A stretch of 64,000 nucleotides of DNA from an uncultured Actinomycetota bacterium (GTDB taxonomy: Bacteria; Actinomycetota; Actinomycetes; Mycobacteriales; Jatrophihabitantaceae): contig CAVZYJ010000014.1 of assembly GCA_963779485.1 (NCBI GenBank), positions 61,960-125,959 of the forward strand, written 5' to 3'. This document shows, one piece after another, positions 19,934-27,598 of this stretch. The notes below the pieces were generated by a model that was not told where the DNA came from, did no database searches, and saw nothing but the letters and a program-made list of their open reading frames with translations. The first letter of the stretch is position 1. Every line of letters begins with the position of its first letter. Position numbers and translations under genes: made by a program.

Positions 19934-21883
19934 CTACTCATGGGCATGACCTGGTGCGCAGTGCGGGGAATCGGGCACATCTAGAGTTGGATTGCGGTCG
20001 AAGAATCCGACTGGCCGCAACGTAAATCCGCAGCTGTCAACCGGCATCACGGGCCAGTCCTCTGGACGCGGAAAATGCACGACGCCAAATGTGTGCCACA
20101 CCACAATGTCAGCACCGTCGATGGGCCGGTTGGCGGCACTCCAAGCAGGAAGACCGGCGCCGCCTCGGTGTTGATTGACAAATTCTCCGGCTGGGTAGCG
20201 CTCGTTTGGATCGTAGTGTGTGATCCAGAGGTGTCGGGTCGCAAACGCGGCGCGGCGAGCGATGGAGGAGTTGTCATCAGCGAGTAGCGTGGGCTGATTT
20301 TGCGGCCGCAACTCGTAGCTTACCGGCTGGCCAAGCCGATTGGTGCTGGATGGATTGCTTATCCGCCATGTACGGCCAGATTCGATGTTGCGCCCATCGG
20401 ACTCGTCGGTCAAGCGTGCACTTGTGCGCGTGAACGCATTGCCATAGACATTTTTTGGTCCTGCGGGCACTCTGACGACGTCTAGTTCATCAACAGCGTT
20501 ATCGAGCCCGTCGATCATCATATCCATCCGTGCGCAGAACAAATGCTGGTGATACGGGCCACCCAAGCCTGGCGCCACCTCGGAGGCCCATGGGCTCCCG
20601 GGCACGTATGACGACGTAAAGAGGACGCCCGTCGATTTGACCTCGAGCTCGATCCGTCCATCCAGGTAGAAGTACCAGTAGAAGCCATAATCGTAGTTGC
20701 CGACGGTTACAAAGAAGGAGACGACGAGCCGTCGATTGCGCCGTGTCTCGGCCGACTCAGTGAAAATGTCCGTGTGCTTCCACAGGATGCCGACGTCCTC
20801 TTCATGGATGCAGACAGCGTTCTCCACGGTGCGCGGCTCACCGTGCGAGTCGGCCATAACTGCGTTGAGATAGTGGATCTCCCCTAGACAATCGCAGCCG
20901 AGAGCGAGGGAATTGACTTGCTGACCGACGAGATATTCACCGACGTCGAAGTAGTTCTGCCAGAATCGTACTGCGCCTGGATCGGCATACGGCACCACCA
21001 TTTCTGCGATGGAGGCGCGATAAAGGATCGGCCGGTCACGCTCGCCTTCTCGGTACGCGACCTGATGCAGTATCAGGCCTTCTCTGGGGTCGAATCCAAC
21101 GCGAAGCGACCAATTCTCCCAGCGGACTACATCGTCGCAGACAGTGAAGCTGGGGCCCTCAGGCTGAGTGATCTCGATTGGTTTGAGGGTCGAACGTGCA
21201 GGCCCGACGTAGTCGGCATCGTCATAGTTGCCTTCTTCCCCGGGGATCGGTGACGGAAAGTCATCGATGAGTTCGAACACTTCGCCAGCGATGAGGTCGA
21301 CATAGGCCACGACACCATCGATCGGGTGCGCCCACGGATGATCAGCTTTGCGGTTCCGCACAAAGGAGAGAACTCGCAGGATCCGCCGTCGCTCTTCACC
21401 TAGAAAGTCGTACGATCCGGCCGAGAGCGGACATGGGCAGACCAGATCCATGTCTGTAATACCGCGTCGTTCCATCGCGGCGCGCCAGCCCTTGTCTGCT
21501 TTCACAATCTGATCAACGGCCAAAAAATCGTCGAGCATGATCGGTGGTTGCCCGTCCACGGCCGTGTCGACGGTCTCCATCTGCTCCACCGCGCGATCGG
21601 TCAGCGACACACGCACCTTGCGCACATCACCGGTTGCCGTGTCCAGGAGTACGGCACGCACCCGTCGAGGGGCTGAATCGTTATCGGCACCGTATGCGAG
21701 TACAGCCGCCTTGCTGGGCTCGTCCAGCCCGAAGATTGGGAACAGGGTGGTCTCGTTCACCAGTCCAGCGTCCGCCATGAGCCTGCGGGCATCCCGAATC
21801 TCCTCAACAGACAGCTGCGCAAGCGGGTGATCCGGCCCCTCTAGAACCCAGGGGGCGCGAGAGTCGGCGAGGTGAACGCTCAT
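19934..21883 (-). CDS. Copper-containing primary amine oxidase (topaquinone enzyme)
   Basis: 649 aa. Contains the TPQ precursor motif TVGNYDYGFYWYFYLDG and His-rich copper-site regions (HQHLF..., WHTFGVVHFPRPEDWP). Confidence 0.9.
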   Translation of the reverse strand: MSVHLADSRAPWVLEGPDHPLAQLSVEEIRDARRLMADAGLVNETTLFPIFGLDEPSKAAVLAYGADNDSAPRRVRAVLLDTATGDVRKVRVSLTDRAVEQMETVDTAVDGQPPIMLDDFLAVDQIVKADKGWRAAMERRGITDMDLVCPCPLSAGSYDFLGEERRRILRVLSFVRNRKADHPWAHPIDGVVAYVDLIAGEVFELIDDFPSPIPGEEGNYDDADYVGPARSTLKPIEITQPEGPSFTVCDDVVRWENWSLRVGFDPREGLILHQVAYREGERDRPILYRASIAEMVVPYADPGAVRFWQNYFDVGEYLVGQQVNSLALGCDCLGEIHYLNAVMADSHGEPRTVENAVCIHEEDVGILWKHTDIFTESAETRRNRRLVVSFFVTVGNYDYGFYWYFYLDGRIELEVKSTGVLFTSSYVPGSPWASEVAPGLGGPYHQHLFCARMDMMIDGLDNAVDELDVVRVPAGPKNVYGNAFTRTSARLTDESDGRNIESGRTWRISNPSSTNRLGQPVSYELRPQNQPTLLADDNSSIARRAAFATRHLWITHYDPNERYPAGEFVNQHRGGAGLPAWSAANRPIDGADIVVWHTFGVVHFPRPEDWPVMPVDSCGFTLRPVGFFDRNPTLDVPDSPHCAPGHAHE

Positions 21884-22263
21884 CGGATGTACCTCACAAC
21901 GTCGGCGGACATTCTCCAGGCTGACATTATCGGGCGCCGACCGTCTAGGTCGCAGCGGACATCAGTCCACGTACGAAGCCGTCTCCAGAACAGTAGCGTC
22001 GGACCCTTCAGCTCCCTGCTCGCCTATGCGGCAATAGCGGCACAGTTCGTCGCACTGGCCGGCCTTAAGCCGGCGCCTCGGATCGCGGATGCGTGCCGGA
22101 CTGGTTGCCGACCGGCACCCTCGATGTGTGCACACCCGAACGCTGCTGATCACGATCCCGGAGCCGGCCGAGGTCGTGGCTGGCTGGTCGTTCCGGGCCA
22201 GGGCCGCCGGCTGCGTCGCGTCCCGAGAGTTCGACATGGAGTATTCCGTGTGCCATCGGCGGC

Positions 22264-22600
22264 GAGCGTCGCGCCGTCGGGGCGGCCACACACCGCTGAT
22301 CCGCCGGCCGGGCGGCCCGGATCGGCCGTTGGGAGCGCAGCGTTGTGCGCATCGGTGGTGCGTGAGTCCGAATTACGGTGCCCCAGGCGTCTCGGTGGTC
22401 ACGGGGGTGCGCAGGACGCGACGCTAGCCCGGGCGCGGGGACCGAGGCAGCCAGCGTCGCGCCGTACCGGGGCGGCCGCACACCGTTGGTCTGCTCCGAC
22501 CGGCCCGGATCCGCCGTTGGGCAGCGCAGCGTTGTGCGCATCAGTGGTGCGTGAGTCCGAATTGCGGTGCCCCAGGCGCCTCAGCGGTCACGTGGGTGCG
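22264..22600. repeat. Tandem direct duplication, unit about 188 bp (copy 1 22264-22411, copy 2 22452-22600)
   Basis: AGCGTCGCGCCGT...GGCCCGGATC(G/C)GCCGTTGGG(A/C)AGCGCAGCGTTGTGCGCATC(G/A)GTGGTGCGTGAGTCCGAATT(A/G)CGGTGCCCCAGGCG...GGTCACG(G/T)GGGTGCGC occurs twice at offset 188-189. The core is about 90% identical by eye. It also shows up as the repeated peptide GSAALCASVVRESELRCPRRL in track ORF 21872..23467. Confidence 0.85.
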
Positions 22601-22753
22601 CGCGGGACTGCGCTCCTCACGCCGGCTAGCGAGCCGGCAGTGCGCTCTCGCTCATCTTTGCATCGGTCAGCCCTGGCGCGGCTGATCCACTCGCGGACCA
22701 GCGGTCCAGGGTGCGCTCGATTCTTGTCAGAGGGCAACGGCAGGATCGGGGGC

Positions 22754-23467
22754 ATGACCGTAACCGGACGCCTGGAACTCGTCGCTTTCGACGCCCCGAA
22801 CATCGAGAAGATGGCCGCCTTCTACGTCGAGCTGGCCGGGTGGCAGATGGGCCGCCAGGAATCCGACTGGATCACGCTGCGCGCCGGCGACGGCCAGGAA
22901 GTGGCGTTCCAGCTGGCTCCCGACCACGTCGCGCCCCAGTGGCCCGGGCAGGAGCAACCGCAGCAGGTCCACCTCGACCTGCAGGTCGACGGCTACCAGG
23001 CGGCGGCCGAACGGGCGGTCGGGCTGGGCGCTACCCGGCTGGCCGAGGGCCCGAGCTGGGTCACGCTCGCCGATCCGGCCGGGCACCCGTTCGACCTTTG
23101 CCAGAAGGATGGCGTCGGCCCGGAGATGGCGCTGTTCGCCGTGACGATCGACGCCCCGGATGCGCTGGCGCTAGCCCGCTTCTACGGCGAGCTGATGGGC
23201 ATGGAGATCACCTACGAGGGCCCAGAAGGCGCGCTCATCGCCGGGGATGGAAAGAGCGTGATGTTTCAGCAGATCGCCGGCTACCAGCCGCCACGGTGGC
23301 CGGACCCCACGTACCCGCAGCAGGCACATCTCGACATCATCATCGGGGATCTCGACACCGGTGAGACGCGAGCGCTCGAGCTGGGGGCATCCCGGCTGGA
23401 GGGAGGTGGCGAGACTTTCCGGGTCTTCGCTGACCCGGCCGGACATCCGTTCTGCCTCACCGAATAG
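22754..23467 (+). CDS. Two-domain VOC (glyoxalase/bleomycin resistance/dioxygenase) family protein
   Basis: MTVTGRLELVAFDAPNIEKMAAFYVELAGW...ADPAGHPFDLC, then a second repeat ...FAVTIDAPDALALARFYGELMGM...ADPAGHPFCLTE. The start is the ATG at 22754 inside track ORF 21872..23467. Confidence 0.85.
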   Translation: MTVTGRLELVAFDAPNIEKMAAFYVELAGWQMGRQESDWITLRAGDGQEVAFQLAPDHVAPQWPGQEQPQQVHLDLQVDGYQAAAERAVGLGATRLAEGPSWVTLADPAGHPFDLCQKDGVGPEMALFAVTIDAPDALALARFYGELMGMEITYEGPEGALIAGDGKSVMFQQIAGYQPPRWPDPTYPQQAHLDIIIGDLDTGETRALELGASRLEGGGETFRVFADPAGHPFCLTE

Positions 23468-23481
23468 CCGGTAGCGGCAGA

Positions 23482-24006
23482 TCAGCCCATCGACTTCGCT
23501 CCGTCGAGGGACTCTCGGATGATGTCGGCGTGCCCGGCATGTTGCGATGTCTCGGCGATGATGTGCAAGAGGACGCGCCGCGCCGACCATCGGGCGCCGG
23601 GTTCGAACCACGGCTCCGGCGGTAGCGGCTGACTGGCGTCCAGGTCGGGAAGCGATAAGACCAGCTCGTCGGCCTCGCGGGCGACTCGGTCATATGCCGC
23701 GAGCAGGGAGTCGACGGTCTCGCCCTCGAGCATGCGGAAGCCATTGCGCCAATCGGCCAACGTCTGCTCGGGGTCAGATGCGCCGCCCATGCCGGACGGC
23801 CCCTCGACGATGAAGCGGCACCACTGTCGCTCCGTCTGGGTGACGTGCTTGATCAGGCCGGCGAGTGTCAGCTCGCTGACGGTCGTCCGCTCCGCGGCCT
23901 GCTCGTCGGTGAGACCTCTGAGCGTGTTCCGAAGAAAGAACCGATGCCGGTCGAGCGCCTGGACGAGGTCGGCCCGCTCGCCGCCAGCCGGAACAGCATC
24001 GCTCAC
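23482..24006 (-). CDS. DinB/DUF664 family protein
   Basis: RADLVQALDRHRFFLRNTLRGLTDEQAAERTTVSELTLAGLIKHVTQTERQW...LLHIIAETSQHAGHADIIRESLDG is typical of the four-helix DinB superfamily. The GTG start at 24006 overlaps the upstream stop (GTGA). Confidence 0.8.
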   Translation of the reverse strand: MSDAVPAGGERADLVQALDRHRFFLRNTLRGLTDEQAAERTTVSELTLAGLIKHVTQTERQWCRFIVEGPSGMGGASDPEQTLADWRNGFRMLEGETVDSLLAAYDRVAREADELVLSLPDLDASQPLPPEPWFEPGARWSARRVLLHIIAETSQHAGHADIIRESLDGAKSMG

Positions 24007-25130
24007 GGCGTCGGCAAGCCGGTATCGGCCGGGGTGTCCGTGGTCGTCGCCGTTGGTGTCGTCGTCGGCGGCGTCGTTGGGGGCGTTGTCGGGGACGTGG
24101 TCGGGGGCGTTGTCGGGGGGGTAGTCGCTGGCGAGGACGGCGGTGTCGGTGTGGATGGTGGAGTGGTCACGACCGGTGGGCTCGTCGGTGCCGATGTGGC
24201 TGGTGGGCGCGGGCTGGTGGCCGGCGGAGCGACCGTCGAACCCGCCCTGCTCGACGGCCACCCGGCGACCGCAGCGCCACCGACCAATGGGGCGCCCCCG
24301 CGGCTCGGGCCGGACGGAGCAGCCGTTCCTAGGGGACCCAACGACGCCAGGTCGCCGATCAGCACCTGACTGACGTTGGGCGGCGGCGCCAGTATGCACC
24401 CGGCACAGGGCGTCGGCAGGCGCTTGCTTCCCGAGGTCGGATGGCTGCCGAGGGTTCGCGGCGCAACCTGAGAGCTCGGGGCTGGCGCGGTGAGCGACGG
24501 ATCCACGCGTCCGACCGGGGCGCTGCCGTCCCCTGACCCATGGATCACCGTCGCGGCAATGACGCTAGCCGCGACGATTGCCGCAGCAGCCACTCCGAAT
24601 GAGGCTGCCCCGGCCCCTCGTGGCACAAGCAGCGCCCGCTTGCCCGGGCGGCTCGATTGCGGCGCGTCCTGGGCGGCTGATGTCCCAGCAGCCGGAATCG
24701 AACCCGGCTCGGTGTCTCGACCGCGCCGCGATGCGGCACCCCCCACCGCCAGCAGCCCGGACGTCCGGAGCACGGCGGACGTTGGGTTCGCTGGCTCGGA
24801 ACGACCGTGGGCCCAACGATGCGCGGCCGCGCGCCGCAACCTGGCCGCCGCCGGGGAGACCCTGCGTCGCTTGGACGGACGCTTGCGATCCCTCGACTTG
24901 GCCGTGTTCTTGCGCCGAATGGCATTGACACGCGCGGTGCGCGTTACCGTCTTGTGCCCGCGCTCGACCGTCGCCGAACCGACGACGCTCGCGGCCCGTC
25001 CGCGACCGATGCCGGCGACTCGCCGGACTCGTCGCGGCTGGCCTGCCGCCGCGCGCGACTTCCCCCGCTTCTTCGGCAAGAATCCCCCGTTGAGCCAACC
25101 AGCCGCGGACGCGGCCCGATGCCCAGCCAT
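24003..25130 (-). CDS. Hypothetical protein: basic N-terminus, one TM segment, Pro/Thr-rich C-terminal tail
   Basis: 375-aa ORF with TM segment FGVAAAAIVAASVIAATVI. The tail reads ...TTPPSTPTPPSSPATTPPTTPPTTSPTTPPTTPPTTTPTATTT. The stop is coupled to the DinB start. The start codon is uncertain and the high G+C makes the call tentative. Confidence 0.45.
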   Translation of the reverse strand: MAGHRAASAAGWLNGGFLPKKRGKSRAAAGQPRRVRRVAGIGRGRAASVVGSATVERGHKTVTRTARVNAIRRKNTAKSRDRKRPSKRRRVSPAAARLRRAAAHRWAHGRSEPANPTSAVLRTSGLLAVGGAASRRGRDTEPGSIPAAGTSAAQDAPQSSRPGKRALLVPRGAGAASFGVAAAAIVAASVIAATVIHGSGDGSAPVGRVDPSLTAPAPSSQVAPRTLGSHPTSGSKRLPTPCAGCILAPPPNVSQVLIGDLASLGPLGTAAPSGPSRGGAPLVGGAAVAGWPSSRAGSTVAPPATSPRPPATSAPTSPPVVTTPPSTPTPPSSPATTPPTTPPTTSPTTPPTTPPTTTPTATTTDTPADTGLPTP

Positions 25131-25300
25131 AATTTACCGTGTCGGTCGGCTCAGGCGATAGCGGGTGCCCGGAGACCTGCTGGCGCCTGACGCCCCGGAC
25201 GCCGGTACCCGGCTCACGCCGACGGCGTTCTTGACGACGCAACCACCGTCGGTGCGAGGATCACGGTAACCCCCCGATTCCACGGTGCGTGGAGGACGTC

Positions 25301-25585
25301 ATGAGCGGGTCCACCAGCCGAAGACCGCGAAAGCCCTCGAGCAAAGAAGCCGAGGCCATGTCCCGGGTCGTGGAGCGACTGCGCCAACAGTTTCCGGAAG
25401 TGCCGCCCGACGCCATCGACGCCATCGTGAGCGGACATTACGAGGCGTTCGACGGCCGGCCGGTGCGTGATTTCGTGCCGGTGCTCGTCGAGCGGGCAAC
25501 CCGCGCGGACCTCCGGGCCACCCACGACACGACAGGTCGAGCGCCCGTTGCCTTCGTGATCGGTACTGCCAGGCTTGATCCGTGA
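25301..25585 (+). CDS. Small conserved helical protein (paralogue of 50395..50634); resembles the family labelled three-helix bundle dimerization domain protein
   Basis: GGAGG lies 6 nt upstream of ATG 25301. The core AEAMSRVVERLRQQFPEVPPDAIDAIVSGHYEAFDGRPVRDFVPVLVERATRADL is highly similar to the 50.4-kb copy. Confidence 0.7.
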   Translation: MSGSTSRRPRKPSSKEAEAMSRVVERLRQQFPEVPPDAIDAIVSGHYEAFDGRPVRDFVPVLVERATRADLRATHDTTGRAPVAFVIGTARLDP

Positions 25586-27111
25586 CCCGATCTGAGACGG
25601 AGGGACCGGCGGTCTCGCCGGTTCGCCGGCCGGTGGCCCGACCGCGGCTGTCGGTCTGGGTGGGCGTCGTCGCGGCGGCGCAGTTGGCATTGCTGATCGC
25701 GACGAGCACCCGGTACGGATACCACCGCGACGAGCTGTACTTCATCGTTGCCGGGTCTCATCCGGCGTTCGGCTATCCCGATCAGCCACCACTCGTACCG
25801 CTGTTGTGCTGGGCTTTGCATGAGCTGGCCCCGGGTTCGCTGCTCGTGTTGCGCCTTCCGTCCGCGCTGGCGGCGGCCGCGACGACGGTTCTGGCGGCCT
25901 TCGTCGCTCGCGAGGTCGGGGGCGGCGCTCGGGCCCAACTGATCGCGGCGTGCTGCGCGGCGTCGTCTGGCTTCGCGCTCGCGATCGGCCACTTCGTGAC
26001 GACGACGACGTTCGACCTGCTGAGCACGAGCGCGCTGGGCTGGCTGATGATCCGCGCGGTCATGCGGCGAAGCCCCGCGTCGTTGCTAGCCGCGGGGATG
26101 GTCGTCGGGATCGGTTGCGAGGCGAAGCCGCAGGTCGTGGTCGTCGCCATCGTGATCCTGGCGATGCTGGCGATCACCGGTCCACGCTGGCCGTTCCGCT
26201 CCTGGTGGCTGGCAGGTGGCATCGCCGCGGCCGCGCTGCTCGCCGCGCCGTACGTGATCTGGCAGGCGCGGCACGGCTGGCCTCAGGTGACGGTCGCCGG
26301 CAACATCGGCGGATCGGCGGAGGGTGGACGGGCCGGTTTTTTCCCCTTCCAGTTCCTGCTGGTGAGCCCGGTCCTGGCCCCGGTCTGGATCGCCGGCCTG
26401 ATCGTGCCGTTCCGCCGAGCATCGCTGCGCTCGCTGCGATTCCTGCCGTTGACATATGCCGTTCTCGCCGTCGTCTACCTCGTCGGCAACGGCAAGGCGT
26501 ACTACCTGGCCAGCCTCTACCCGGCGCTGCTGGGATTGGGCTCGTTGCCAGTGGCCGACTGGACGATGCGGTCCCGCCGGGCCCGGTTGCGCACCGCCGT
26601 CCTCGGTACGGCGATCGTCGTCTCGGCCGCCATCGGCGCGCTGATCGCCCTTCCGCTGCTGCCCACGACGGCACTTCCCGGCAGCGTGATCATGGCGATC
26701 AACCCGGATCAGGGGGAGACGGTGGGTTGGCCGAGGTTCATCGGCACGGTCAGCACCGCATGGCACGCGATCCCGGATGCGGCTCGCACCAGCACGGTGA
26801 TCTTCACGAACAACTACGGCGAGGCTGGTGCCATCGACGTCCTTGGACGTTCCCACGGCCTGCCCGACGCCTACAGCGGGCACAACGGCTTCAGCGAATG
26901 GGGCCAGCCGGATCGCGCGGCAACGCAGGTACTGCTCGTCGGCTATGACGGTCCCGCCGACGCTCGTCCGTACTTCGGCGGATGCGTCACGCTCGCCACG
27001 GTCGACAACGGCGTCGGCCTCGACAATCAGGAACAGGGGCTGCCGATCCAGTTCTGCCAGATCACCGCCAGCTGGGCGGCCCTCTGGCCGCGTCTCACCC
27101 ACTACGACTGA
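25582..27111 (+). CDS. Glycosyltransferase family 39 (ArnT/PMT-like) membrane protein
   Basis: 509 aa. YGYHRDELYFIVAGSHPAFGYPDQPPLVPLL is a typical GT39 N-terminal loop, followed by many TM segments. The GTG start overlaps the upstream stop (GTGA 25582-25585). Confidence 0.8.
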   Translation: MTRSETEGPAVSPVRRPVARPRLSVWVGVVAAAQLALLIATSTRYGYHRDELYFIVAGSHPAFGYPDQPPLVPLLCWALHELAPGSLLVLRLPSALAAAATTVLAAFVAREVGGGARAQLIAACCAASSGFALAIGHFVTTTTFDLLSTSALGWLMIRAVMRRSPASLLAAGMVVGIGCEAKPQVVVVAIVILAMLAITGPRWPFRSWWLAGGIAAAALLAAPYVIWQARHGWPQVTVAGNIGGSAEGGRAGFFPFQFLLVSPVLAPVWIAGLIVPFRRASLRSLRFLPLTYAVLAVVYLVGNGKAYYLASLYPALLGLGSLPVADWTMRSRRARLRTAVLGTAIVVSAAIGALIALPLLPTTALPGSVIMAINPDQGETVGWPRFIGTVSTAWHAIPDAARTSTVIFTNNYGEAGAIDVLGRSHGLPDAYSGHNGFSEWGQPDRAATQVLLVGYDGPADARPYFGGCVTLATVDNGVGLDNQEQGLPIQFCQITASWAALWPRLTHYD

Positions 27112-27200
27112 GCGCCACGCTGCTCGGCGTGGGAATGGGATTGAGCTCTATCCGGCCGGGCGACTCGAGGCCGAGCTGAATGGGGCGGAGCGAGCCTCCG

Positions 27201-27596
27201 CTAGTGGGTCACCTTCTCCACGTCGTGCACGACGGCCAGCGGATCGAAGTAGAACGGCTGGTCATTCACGAAGGGAATGGCTCGCGAAACTACCGCGCCC
27301 ACATTATGGGCAAGATTGACGCCAACATCAGCCGCGACGAACATTAGGAGCACTATTGCGGCGATCGATTTTCCGCACCGTACCCAGAAGTTGTTCGATA
27401 GCCGCCTGGGCCCGGCGCTGCGGGCGGGCGATGGCGGCGCTGGTGGCGGGCTCCACTGGGCGGGCTCGGGATAATAGGGCGCGGCCCACGGCGATTGCCC
27501 TTGGGCCGGTCCCATCGTCGTCCAGTACTCATCGAGTCCGGACGGATATGCCTCGGCCGTCGGCTCGAAACGACCATCGCCCCGCGAGACCGCCAT
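27201..27596 (-). CDS. Hypothetical small membrane protein (Pro-rich N-terminus, one TM segment)
   Basis: The MAVSRGDGRFEPTAEAYPSG... start at 27596 is 2 nt after the upstream stop. TM segment SIAAIVLLMFVAADVGV. Confidence 0.5.
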   Translation of the reverse strand: MAVSRGDGRFEPTAEAYPSGLDEYWTTMGPAQGQSPWAAPYYPEPAQWSPPPAPPSPARSAGPRRLSNNFWVRCGKSIAAIVLLMFVAADVGVNLAHNVGAVVSRAIPFVNDQPFYFDPLAVVHDVEKVTH

Positions 27597-27598
27597 TC

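Noticed and set aside
21872-22753. N-terminal 294 codons of the 531-aa track ORF 21872..23467
   Set aside because: This part is translated tandem-repeat and intergenic DNA. The VOC domains start only at ATG 22754, and typical VOC proteins have no such extension.
24675-24760. tRNA-like T-arm on the minus strand (GCCGGGTTCGATTCCGGC)
   Set aside because: The stem closes an 8-nt rather than a 7-nt loop. No complementary acceptor stem, D-arm or anticodon arm can be drawn from the flanking sequence. It lies inside a long ORF. It is a chance GGTTCGA-like match.
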